Below are positions 10,191 to 20,225 of a DNA stretch of 64,000 nt, one piece after another. Source of the stretch: a virus. The position numbers and the translations under genes are program-made. Every line of letters starts with the position of its first letter. Position 1 is the stretch's first letter. The stretch lies in IMG/VR virus record IMGVR_UViG_3300034068_000566, positions 1-64,000 of that record; one strand, written 5' to 3'. Below the pieces are notes generated by a model. That model saw nothing but the letters and a program-made list of their open reading frames with translations, had not been told where the DNA came from and searched no databases.

Positions 10191-11809
10191 TTATTCATCA
10201 CTATCAACATACACATAGAGAGAGATCATCTCATCATGCTTGAAAGTGATAACATCTTTCTCACCAAACTCATCAGTGAACTCAACATGATAGTCATCGC
10301 CGTTATTGCTATCGCTAATACCTGTTACTTCAACAACCTCATCTGAGATACCGATTAGATCATTTAGCATTAGCTGGTTTGGTTGTAAGCGATCAGCAAA
10401 GATTAATTCCATAGTTTTTATTGTAGCAGACATTTTATCCATCCATTTCTACGCAGTCCATAAAGCATTCCTCGCACATATACTCATCAATAGTGTAGTC
10501 ATCTTCATTAAGGCAATCGTGTTCAACGCAAGGGCATTTATTTATTGTCATCATGCGAACATCTCATCTAATTCTGAGTCTGACATTTCTACCCACTCGT
10601 TACTATTTATTAGAAATTCGGGCTCGCCAATAATAGACTCGCAATCAGAAAAATCGGGGAATTGGTAATTGGTCATTACTTCCTCGATATCAGTCGTTTC
10701 AAGATAAAACTCATGATACATGCTTACCTTATAAGTCTTAGACATTATTCGTTATCCTCATCTACTGGGTCAATAAACCATGATAGGTTATGTCCTTCAA
10801 TAATAGCATAGGCTGGTGACTTTGCTTGCCCTCGCCAAGTAACCTGAAAGTTACCAATCATAGGCATATCAATAAGGCGATCATAGTCCTCATCATAGGC
10901 GGCATCAATAGCGGCAATACAAGTAGGTATCATTTCAACGGGTACTGGTGGATAATGATTACCCTGTAAGTGATAACGCAATTGCGTTTCAAGGTCTAAG
11001 GTTGTGTCTGCTAATCCAATTGCTGTTACTGATCCCATTATATTTTCTCCTCAATGTCTGCGACATAAACATCACTTCTGCGAATTCCGCCATATTCTAA
11101 ATTAGAATCAAACATGCTGACGGCATCTTCTTCATTGTCTGCTTCAACGTTAATAAAACAAGTAAACTCATATAGTGCCATTATTTATACCTCTACGCCT
11201 TCGTTGTTGTAAATAGTTAATTCTTTTATGTCTGCGACATAAACATTATCTTTATCTATTCCATATTTTAATTGAAATTGAAAAACATCAATAGCCTCAT
11301 CATGGTTTTCTGCTTCTACATCTATGAAAGTGTTAAACTCAAATCTTGCCATTACTTAGTTACCACCTTTCTACCTTCACGATAGAATACTTTTGTGTAG
11401 CAAACCAATTCGGGAGTGTAAATATTGACAGTTGAGTATTCGTTAGCCGTTCCCCAATCGGTAAACTGAAAAAATGCTTGCCACGCTTTCATTTCATCAG
11501 GGTAATCTTTCTGCCAGTGTGGGGCATTGCTATCATAGGCGACAGTTATTTTATACATTAGTTTCCTTCTTTCGTTGTTGATATTTCTGATACTACCATG
11601 TCGTACTGACAATCGCAGGGTTCTGTGTAATCAAATGAGCAGAAATAGCAACCCATCATTTCATCGCATACACGGCACTGATAGCGGAATTGTACTTCAT
11701 CGCAGCAAATCTGAGATATATCCCAAATTAAATAGTGATCTGTCTTATCTATAACTGTAGCCATAGGGGGCAACCTTCTTTCTTTTTCTTTATACTGTAA
11801 GCCTACCAT
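10191..11809 (-). other. Run of short early ORFs, including tandem paralogs 11038..11181 and 11185..11352
   Basis: MALYEFTCFINVEADNEEDA...VYVADI versus MARFEFNTFIDVEAENHDEA...VYVADI. Confidence 0.55.
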
Positions 11810-12066
11810 TTATCACTGACATTTTCAATTTTTAATAGGCTTATCTTAAATAGTAAGACGGCGTGTCGTGTGATTAATCTCACAACCTGGGTAAGTTATC
11901 CACAGTTCTTAAATCACCCTGTGGACAACCTTTCGAAAAAAATAAAGGACAGCCTGCAGTAGCTGCCCTTTAAATTATTTTTTATTATCCAGATCCAGCA
12001 ATCATTAAGATAGCAATAAAAATACCAGTTGCAATTATTAAGATTTCCATTTTTATTATTCTCCTT

Positions 12067-12801
12067 TTATTTTTTAGTGGCAGAAAAAATTATGTCACTC
12101 TTTGAGTATACACACAATGAGCATGAAACGCAAGCCGAGCCAGCAGTGCTAATCAATGGAATTTGCTTATTATTTTCAGGACATTTAGCAGCAGGGCGCC
12201 CGATCATTTCTTTAACATCTGCTTGACCTATAGCAAAATTCTTAGCAAGGTATGCCATGCGTACGCCACTATTAATTTTTAGATCAACAGCAGTTTTAAC
12301 ATTCTCACTATCAGCAGAAAAATACAGTGAGAGGTTTTCAATATCTTTTAGAATAAGGGCAGCAGACTTAACACGAGTGTAAACCCAGAATTGTACATCC
12401 GCATTAAGTTTAATTACATCGGACCACGCAATGGCATAAGTATCATTAAAGAAGTCACCGTCCCAATGGATACGGAATAACATGGGCGCATTCTTTTTTA
12501 CACAATCAGCCTTAAAATCAGCAATCATCTCACTGATCAAATTAAGCATGGTTAAATAGTCTGCGTCTTTTAGCAGGGCCCAATTATGAAGTAGGTTAAC
12601 CTTTACGGAAGGGAAGACCTTTTCAAGTTTTCCTGCGTAGCATATGCTCTCACATACACTAGTGGCACCAGGGCACGAGAAAGCCTTTCCAGCAGGTAGG
12701 CCGAACGTGTTAGCAATTGCTGCTTGTTTTCCATTTTTTGTGACAAGGTTAGCCACCTTTCTATCGTTAGAACGTTTTAATTTTAGGGGATTAGTAGTCA
12801 A
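12067..12801 (-). CDS. Gp88-family (radical-SAM-like Cys cluster) protein
   Basis: CPGATSVCESICYA, FRIHWDGDF, FWVYTR, NLSLYFSAD and C-terminal C..C..C. Confidence 0.75.
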   Translation of the reverse strand: MTTNPLKLKRSNDRKVANLVTKNGKQAAIANTFGLPAGKAFSCPGATSVCESICYAGKLEKVFPSVKVNLLHNWALLKDADYLTMLNLISEMIADFKADCVKKNAPMLFRIHWDGDFFNDTYAIAWSDVIKLNADVQFWVYTRVKSAALILKDIENLSLYFSADSENVKTAVDLKINSGVRMAYLAKNFAIGQADVKEMIGRPAAKCPENNKQIPLISTAGSACVSCSLCVYSKSDIIFSATKK

Positions 12802-13262
12802 GGCTAAGACTCATTTCTAATACACGATCTTCATGGGTAATAGAATCTGCTAATTCATTTAGCCAGCAATGATCACACATAGGCATATATTCATCAACAG
12901 CATTTTCATTACACTTAGGGCAGGTAGTAGAATAGAATTCATCAAAGAATTCATCGTTTTCAAATGTCATGGGGGCACGACCTTTCTTAGTTGTTGTTAT
13001 TTTTTAATTCTAGCATATCGGACTGACATTTATTCTTGCGAGAATAAACTTTCTTAGACTTAATAGGGGTCGCCGCATTTGACCTACGCAATTCCATAAG
13101 CCTGCGTAAATCCTCAGCGGTTTTCTTAGTTGACATACAATAATCTTAGCATACTTAAAGTTAAAATACAAATTATAAAATTGTGACAAATCTCACAAAA
13201 CCTGGGCCTGTGGACAAAGTACGTAAAGCTGTGGATAACTTTTCGTTTCGAAAAATTTTTAG

Positions 13263-13292
13263 TGAGCAGTTTAAAATCTTGCTCAGGATTTT
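13263..13292 (-). ncRNA. Pseudoknot element, copy 5
   Basis: AAAAUC CU GAGCA A GAUUUU AAAC UGCUC. Confidence 0.65.
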
Positions 13293-13446
13293 TATTTTTA
13301 TTTTTTAATTCGTTCACTTCGCAAAGCAACTTGCAATCTGCGAATTTCTTTTTCTAATTGGATGTTGCGTTGCCAAAAAGCAATCATCATTGTAAGTGAT
13401 CCAGCTAAAGCAATTACAATTGCGATTAGTGTTCCGTTATCTAAAA

Positions 13447-15975
13447 TCAATTTGCCATCTCCAATTCTTTATAGCAAGCAATCGCAAATCTATTTGCGTC
13501 AAATCTTGGGTTATCAGTTTCAAACATTAGAGAAAATTCATCTACCAAATCAGCAAATAAAATTTCTCCTTGCTCATCAAAAACAGATGTAGCAAAATAA
13601 TTGCTAAGAATTTCAGCGGTTGCGACATAGTCTTTACGAGTCATCATTATTCGGCCACCTTTAGAATTGCGTAAGTGCCATTTGCGTTTATATTTTCAAG
13701 GACTGGCTTGATAGCAGGCGCAAGTAAATCTTTTAGCATTGATTCTAAAAGCATTATCTGACTTACTTCATCAAGTGCTAAAAATTGTTGAGCCACTGGA
13801 TGAGTTTCATCAAATTCGGTTACAAACTTTAGAGCGTGTTCTATTGATATTGTCATTTTATTTCCTATTCGTTAGTTGGATTCGGGTGTATTAAATAATT
13901 GTATATCTTGGCACTGACAAGGCTCAACATGGTATTCCTCGCCTGTACCAAAAAAGATTAGGCCAGTTGAGTAGCAATCCTCGCAGGGTATTGTTAAAAC
14001 TGAGTTTATCATTAAGCACCTACCTTTATGGCAACAGTTGCCCAAAAGTTTTTGATTCCACGAGTTGAGCGAACCTCAATAGCGTATGCCTCAAACTCTG
14101 AGCCGTACCAAACATCAGGGCGGGGAGTTGCGTATTGGATAACGCCTTCATCATGGCGATTAGTTGAGCGATAAGTCTTGCCGATTAGCAAGTCCTCTAT
14201 TGTGTATGGTTTTGCTGACATTAGTTGTCACCTTTCTTTATTTCTTTAATTGTAGCGGATAGGACTGACAAAGCCTGAGCCTTGCTTGCGTTGCGTTGCG
14301 CCTGTATTAGCGCCTTATATTCCTCTAGTGTCATTTTTGACCTTTCGTTAATTGCTTACTATGTAAGTTTAGCAGATTAGACTGACATTATCAAATTAGA
14401 AATGCTAACAATTCGGACATTTTGATATTTATTTTTGTGACTATTCTCACACTGTAAATTTTTCTATAACTTTTGTATAACAATCTTAAACCTATCGGCG
14501 TGTCGGTTTGACTTTTCGAATTTTTTTTCACTCCTTAGAAAGTAAAAATAGAAAACGAAAAGCAAAAAATAAAGTTAAGAAAAATAAAGCTCTGCCGTCA
14601 GTGAAAAAAGTTAAGTCCATTTTTTATTCTCCAATTCCGTTAAGCATTTTTTCTAATTCTAAAAGTTGATCATTAGTTAAATGATCTAATTGTATTGCGT
14701 TAGCAAATCCGAATAAATCTATTTCCATTTTTACACCTCTTCATTTTCTCTAATGGCATCTTCAAAATCTAAAAGCGATTGGTGATAAGCGATTGGGTCG
14801 CACTCTCGCAAAATCTGTGAGGCAGAAAAACTTAGGTTGCCAATTTCAAAAGGCTTATACGATTCGTCTAGCATGTCATCAAACCAAGTTTTAATTTCAA
14901 AGGCTACATCAAAATCTAGCATTAGTTATTTTCCTTTTCTATTTTTTTTACATTTAGATAATCGGTTACATTTAAGTAAGTGACATAAGCAGCCCAAATA
15001 AATAAGGGAATAAGAATAAGGTTTATCATTTAGTTAGCCCCTCTAATAGTTCCGTTAATTGCTAATAAGTCACACTCTACTTTTAGAGATGTGTTTTTGT
15101 TAAGGCGTGAAGGCAGGGCAGAAATAAAATCAAGCACCTGTTGCTTAGAATAGAAAGGCATTTTTTTAGTGTTGCCGTTATATGAGGTTAGTGTAAGTGT
15201 TATCATTATTTTTTCTCCATTACTTTAATTATGACATCTAAATCTTTTTCGGTAAGCAATACGCTTGCGCTACCCCATAGGGCAGCATAAGTGTGACCAG
15301 TATCGCCATATTTTTCTTTTGCTAAATCATAGGCTAATTGTCTTTTGTCATATGTATCCATTACTTACACCCCTCGCATGTGAACTTAGTGAACTTTTTA
15401 TCTTTAGCAAATACCTCTAAGTAATTATCATTACAGTTAGAGCATGCGATAAGTGCGGTAGAGGCTCTGCCGTATAGGTGAGGCTCTGATACGGATAATA
15501 GGGCGTTATCTATAACCTCTTGTGTTTTTAGTATAGTCATTTTTGACCACCTTTCGTTTTCGTTATATAGCAATTTTAGCATTAGGGTCTGACATTTTGC
15601 CTTATTTAGACAGCGTGTCGGAAATTTCTTTTTGTGATATAGCCCACAATTCTTTACACTTATCAGGGTTGTTCCACCATGGGAAACCCTCGTGATATTG
15701 GGCGGGGGCTAATACAACCTGACCGCAAGGGCATAAGTTCATCAACCCTTTAGGGTAATCGCTTACAGTAGCGAACTTAGTCCAAATACTCATTTAGTAG
15801 ACACATACCAATCTGTCCACATAGGGAATTGCTCAGGGTCACCATCATAGTAGTAACGCTCAATATTTTGCTCACAATCTTGGCAGAAAGTGAATTGCTC
15901 ATCTCCATAGTTAGAGATAGCGGAAAGCATAGGGTTATGCTCATGTGTTTTTGTTAATGTAGTCATTTTGACCAC
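13447..15975 (-). other. Run of very short early ORFs (13447, 13647, 14012, 14731, 15361, 15602, 15790 and others)
   Basis: Packed ORFs, many with AAAGG SD behind a TGTCAG promoter. Confidence 0.55.
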
Positions 15976-16019
15976 CTTTCTTTAATTTCTTTATACTGTA
16001 AGTTTAACACAGGGGTCTG

Positions 16020-16520
16020 ACAAATTGAGGGGTACAAATAGGATAAAACGGACATTGTGAGGTAGGTCACATGTGTTTCATGTCACATGATTAGATCGTT
16101 ATCAAATTGTTATAATTATTAGGGCGTGTCGGCTTGACAAGGATATACACATCACCCTGTGGATAACTTTTTTTCGACATTTTTTTATGTGGTGTATATC
16201 ACATATAAATATTACACAATTACGGCGTGTCGGGTTGTTTTTGTCAGTGCTACCTGCTATACTTGCCATATAACAACAACGAAAGGACATAAAAATGTCA
16301 CTTACCCTATACCCTGTGAATCAGTACTATTTAACTGATAACACTCAATTTATCCACTGTGGCGAGAGCCAATTCCGTCACTATTGCGACAAGCACTTTC
16401 AGGCTCAGGGGTGCTATTTCTGTGAGTTTGACTACGCTCAGCCTTGCGAGTGTGACGAGTAACACATCAGACACACCCCCAAAAGGGGTCAAAATGTCAG
16501 TTCCCCCTGCTATACTTCCA
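16020..16520. promoter_or_regulatory. Divergent control region with CRP-like, DnaA, GACAC and TGTCAG elements
   Basis: Strand switch; TGTGA-N6-TCACA-type sites at 16056, 16072, 16188, 16451; DnaA box at 16158; GCGTGTCG boxes at 16122 and 16223. Confidence 0.65.
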
Positions 16521-16548
16521 TTATAACAACAACAAGAAAGGTTCAAAA

Positions 16549-17156
16549 ATGAACACTAACACAATCTACGCAACAGATGAAATCTGCTGGGCTATTGAAA
16601 ATGATGACATCTGTGACGGCTTCGGCTGTGCCCCTTGCTCAATAGAAATTGACGGAGAATACACTCCCCTATATCGCTCAACTAACTAAGGAGAATTGAA
16701 ATGAACCCATTCACATACGCAATAGACTGGTTAGATGATAACGCAGACTTCATGGCACCAGTAGGAGCCTTCATTGGCATAGCAATCGCAATCGGATTAT
16801 GTTTTATTAACGGGGGTAACTAAATGAATACACTAGAACGCATTAGACAAGAACAACAAGAACGCTACGCATTACAGCGAGCAAAAGACAAGGCAAGAGG
16901 TGAGGCACTATACGCCCTCAACATTGCTCCACTCAATAACGATTACCTACTAGCGAAAGAAGAAAACTAAATGATAAACGCAACACTAACAACAGTAGGC
17001 GGATCTACTAAGGGTATGACATTTGATAGCAAAGAAAACCTATTACAATTTATTGAATTGTTTGGTGATACGTTGCCATTAGGTACAGCGGTAAATATTG
17101 ACGCCCCACTAGCAGGTATTCACTCAGGCTGGATACAGGGCAAGGCTAAGAAATAA
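16549..17156 (+). other. Four short plus-strand ORFs (16549..16689, about 16700, about 16824, 16971..17156)
   Basis: Consecutive ORFs with SD sequences behind the promoter at 16495. Confidence 0.55.
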
Positions 17157-17157
17157 T

Positions 17158-17208
17158 TTTTGGGGTAGTAGTGTCTAACTTTTACTAGGCACTACACCAA
17201 AAGTTTTT
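17158..17208 (+). terminator. Probable intrinsic terminator
   Basis: GTAGTGTCTA...TAGGCACTAC stem followed by a T-rich tract. Confidence 0.5.
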
Positions 17209-17351
17209 GCTGGTACTACACTATTTATTTTTATTGTTTAGTTATGGGCGCACTAAAATTTGTTGTTTTATTTTCTAAAATCACGTATCATGCACAAGCT
17301 AGATGTTGTCAGAAAATCTCCAGTATGAAATCTGAATGAAATCTGAAGTTT

Positions 17352-17972
17352 ATGATATACTTAAGTATGAGAAAACAATACACAAAAGCCCAATATAACA
17401 AAGATGGTTTAAAACAATGTACAAGTTGCCAGGAATACAAAGAGACATCTGAATTTCATAAATTTTCCAAGGGTCCAGATGGATTAAAGCAATGGTGTAA
17501 GGTTTGTGTAAAACAATACGATTTAAAGGAAAATGACGCAACACGTATTTTTCCACGGAAGCTAGATGAGAATGGAAATATCCACTGTAGAAATTGTGGA
17601 GAATACTTTAAAGAAGATCAAATGAAACAATCTAAGACTGGAAAGTATAAGGGGTTATCCTATTGTACTGAATGTGCTCCATTACTATCTAGAACACGTA
17701 CACTTCAGAAATATCATTTGACTCTTGAGGATTATCACAATTTGTTACAAAGTCAAAACTTCTCATGTATGATTTGTAAGCAAAAAGATACAAGTTTCAG
17801 AAAACGACTATCTGTAGATCATGATCACGCTTGTTGTCCAGGAGAAGGCTCTTGTGGTAATTGTGTAAGAGGTTTGCTATGTCATCACTGTAATGCAGCT
17901 CTAGGAAATGTAAAAGATAATATTCAAACACTACAAATCATGATAGAATATTTAAATGGGAATCTTAGATAA
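17352..17972 (+). CDS. Endonuclease VII-family HNH nuclease with N-terminal zinc fingers (start may be the second ATG, MRKQ)
   Basis: Y.LT.EDY..L...Q...C.IC...LSVDHDH...VRGLLC..CN..LG..KD. Confidence 0.85.
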   Translation: MIYLSMRKQYTKAQYNKDGLKQCTSCQEYKETSEFHKFSKGPDGLKQWCKVCVKQYDLKENDATRIFPRKLDENGNIHCRNCGEYFKEDQMKQSKTGKYKGLSYCTECAPLLSRTRTLQKYHLTLEDYHNLLQSQNFSCMICKQKDTSFRKRLSVDHDHACCPGEGSCGNCVRGLLCHHCNAALGNVKDNIQTLQIMIEYLNGNLR

Positions 17973-18349
17973 TCTAGAAAACGCATGGGATGAACTTGAT
18001 CCTAAATACGAAAGCCTTGCTCAAAAAATATTTTCAGAAACTGTTTGCTCTAACTGCTCTTGCGGACAAGAGTCTAAGCTCATGCCTATAACCGATAACA
18101 TGGGTAGAGAAATTTTCTGGGGAGACCTAGGAAGACCAACTGACGCCTAATCCTCTATATGATCTAGATTCCACATTCTAATATCGGTAGCTGCAATACG
18201 TATTTTTTCAGATTCAATTTCATTTGTCGCTTCAACAACTAGCGTCATACTCAAAGGATAATATCCATCTGCAAATAAATCTTTTTTTGCGTGGAACTTA
18301 TAAGTCTCAGCACAAATCTTTTCATCTACTTTATAATAATATTTTGGCA

Positions 18350-19012
18350 TTATGGTGCTTCGTATCTTCCATAATATTTGTAGATCTCATATGGAATAAC
18401 AGTAGAGTCAACCCACCAGTCTTCATGACCTATCTTTGCAACTAGGGAATAGCCTAGGTTATTTAGAATTTCTCGCTGAGCATCACGCAAGGAAGCATTC
18501 TTGTAGTTGATAATATATTCGTGTTCAAAAGAAATAACGGTAAAGCGATATCTGGATAATGGCAGGGCAATTAAACCATTCAATGGTGTTCCAATAGGAG
18601 CAATAGGTCTTCCACCTTTATCCATAGGAGATTCAATATCAATTTGAAGGTAATCAATTTGTTTTGGAAAGTTGTTCTCTTCAAAGTATTTTAAATAATC
18701 AAAGGTTGTGGCATCTTGCATTAAACAAGGGTTTTTACGAACAGAGTTATATTCATCGACATTTCTTTGATCTAAATCAAAACCAACACCTGTCCAGTCA
18801 TATTCATTTTCCATTTTATAGGTTGTGTTTCCACTAATAGGACCTGCTGATCCCATTTCTACATAATATCCATTTTTCTTATATTCTAAGATATCTAAAG
18901 CAAACATATCTGAAGCTCGCATAACATCTCGTTTATCTCGCATATGTTTTTCAAAATCTGGTCGAGTCATATTATTTATTTCATTGATACGTTCAGTTAT
19001 ACGTTGATCCAT
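18350..19012 (-). CDS. FkbM-like methyltransferase (paralog of 1401..2075)
   Basis: YVEMGS..GNTTY...WTGVG.D...IDYLQID; shares DATTF...YFEENNFPKQID with the paralog. Confidence 0.7.
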   Translation of the reverse strand: MDQRITERINEINNMTRPDFEKHMRDKRDVMRASDMFALDILEYKKNGYYVEMGSAGPISGNTTYKMENEYDWTGVGFDLDQRNVDEYNSVRKNPCLMQDATTFDYLKYFEENNFPKQIDYLQIDIESPMDKGGRPIAPIGTPLNGLIALPLSRYRFTVISFEHEYIINYKNASLRDAQREILNNLGYSLVAKIGHEDWWVDSTVIPYEIYKYYGRYEAP

Positions 19013-19583
19013 CGTGTTCCTCTATTTCGCTAAAGAGTTCTTTATTGAAAAGAACTGGACTTTCTTTTGATCCTCTTACAAAGCATGTTGAAAAATATCG
19101 GGGGAGATCATCAAGAACCGCTAATGACTTATGCAGGATATTCCCACCATGTAATACCAAAGACCTAGCTTTAGGCTTATGTACAATACCTAACTCTGAG
19201 TACTCTAATTCTCCTCCAGCATACTCGTCATTATAATATAAACATACACCATACCTGATGTGATATGGCTCATCCTTTAACCAATAGTCTCTATGTTCCT
19301 GAATAGCTGCTCCTTCTCTATACCGTTGAAGTGCAACTGAGCCTACATACAATAATGATTCAAATAGGTTTTGTATTTGATTATCTATATCTTTAAATAC
19401 CTGTGGTTTGTCACCGTTATATTGCTTACCGTAGAAAAATCCATTTTTATAATCATCATCAGGTGATAGCCACCATTGCTCTTCATCTAAGCCTGATGCA
19501 AAATCTAAAACCTCTTTTTGTTGATCTACTGTAATAAAGTCCTCAATCTCATATAGATCTGGGGATAACCTGTTAATTTTCAT
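18993..19583 (-). CDS. 2OG-Fe(II) oxygenase (prolyl-4-hydroxylase-like)
   Basis: HRD...YYNDEYAGGEL...H...RY. Confidence 0.85.
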   Translation of the reverse strand: MKINRLSPDLYEIEDFITVDQQKEVLDFASGLDEEQWWLSPDDDYKNGFFYGKQYNGDKPQVFKDIDNQIQNLFESLLYVGSVALQRYREGAAIQEHRDYWLKDEPYHIRYGVCLYYNDEYAGGELEYSELGIVHKPKARSLVLHGGNILHKSLAVLDDLPRYFSTCFVRGSKESPVLFNKELFSEIEEHDGSTYN

Positions 19584-19584
19584 A

Positions 19585-19785
19585 TTACCATTTCCCTAAT
19601 GGACACTTAGCTTGTCGTAGCGTAGATTTTAATGCCATAAAACATCCACACTCTCTACACTTAATTAATCGTTTGTTAAAAGATGGACATTCATTACAAA
19701 TTGCCAACCTTTGTTCAATTAGCTCTTTATCACTCCTTGGTTGCGAAGGATCAAATAAGTCACTAAATTTTACATCATCAGACAT
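19585..19785 (-). CDS. Small Cys-rich protein (DUF6171-like)
   Basis: R..IC..C...C.ECGCF...K......CP..KW; paralog at 35780. Confidence 0.6.
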   Translation of the reverse strand: MSDDVKFSDLFDPSQPRSDKELIEQRLAICNECPSFNKRLIKCRECGCFMALKSTLRQAKCPLGKW

Positions 19786-19952
19786 ACTTCTATTATAGCG
19801 TATAAGGCTATAGGAACCAATCTAAGACATGTTTGGGGATGTTCCCCATAGATTGTCTATAGATGGTTTGGATATCCTCTATTTCGGCGAATTTAAATCG
19901 GCGAACTCTATATCCCGCCGTATTTTAATAAACTAATAGTATAATAAAACTT

Positions 19953-20225
19953 ATGAGCGTACAAGACTGGGCAGCATTAATTTTGAGCGTACTGACCATA
20001 GTTGGTATTATGGCGGGTGGAATTAAATTTCTCGTAAAACATTATCTCAGCGAACTTAAACCCAATTCAGGCTCGTCAATGAAAGACCAAATTTCAAGGT
20101 TAGAACATAAAATTTATGATGCTGATGTTAGTCGTAAGCAGATGAAAGAAGATCATAAAGTTATGAAAGACAAGTTAGACCGTATGTACGATATACTTTT
20201 AGACTATATTGCAAAATCTAAATAA
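19953..20225 (+). CDS. Membrane protein with coiled coil, possible holin
   Basis: One N-terminal transmembrane helix followed by a coiled coil. Confidence 0.4.
   Translation: MSVQDWAALILSVLTIVGIMAGGIKFLVKHYLSELKPNSGSSMKDQISRLEHKIYDADVSRKQMKEDHKVMKDKLDRMYDILLDYIAKSK

Larger units (their letters stand above)
8341..16516. promoter_or_regulatory. Twelve TGTCAS-N10-TANNNT promoters (PafBC/RecA-NDp-like)
   Basis: Minus strand: 8341, 9711, 9974, 11800, 13007, 13898, 14249, 14366, 15573, 16001. Plus strand: 16242, 16495. Every copy has an exact 10-nt spacer and lies upstream of an ORF. Confidence 0.8.

Noticed and set aside
17352-17972. Intron- or intein-encoded homing endonuclease
   Set aside because: It is free-standing with its own promoter, and no interrupted flanking gene was seen
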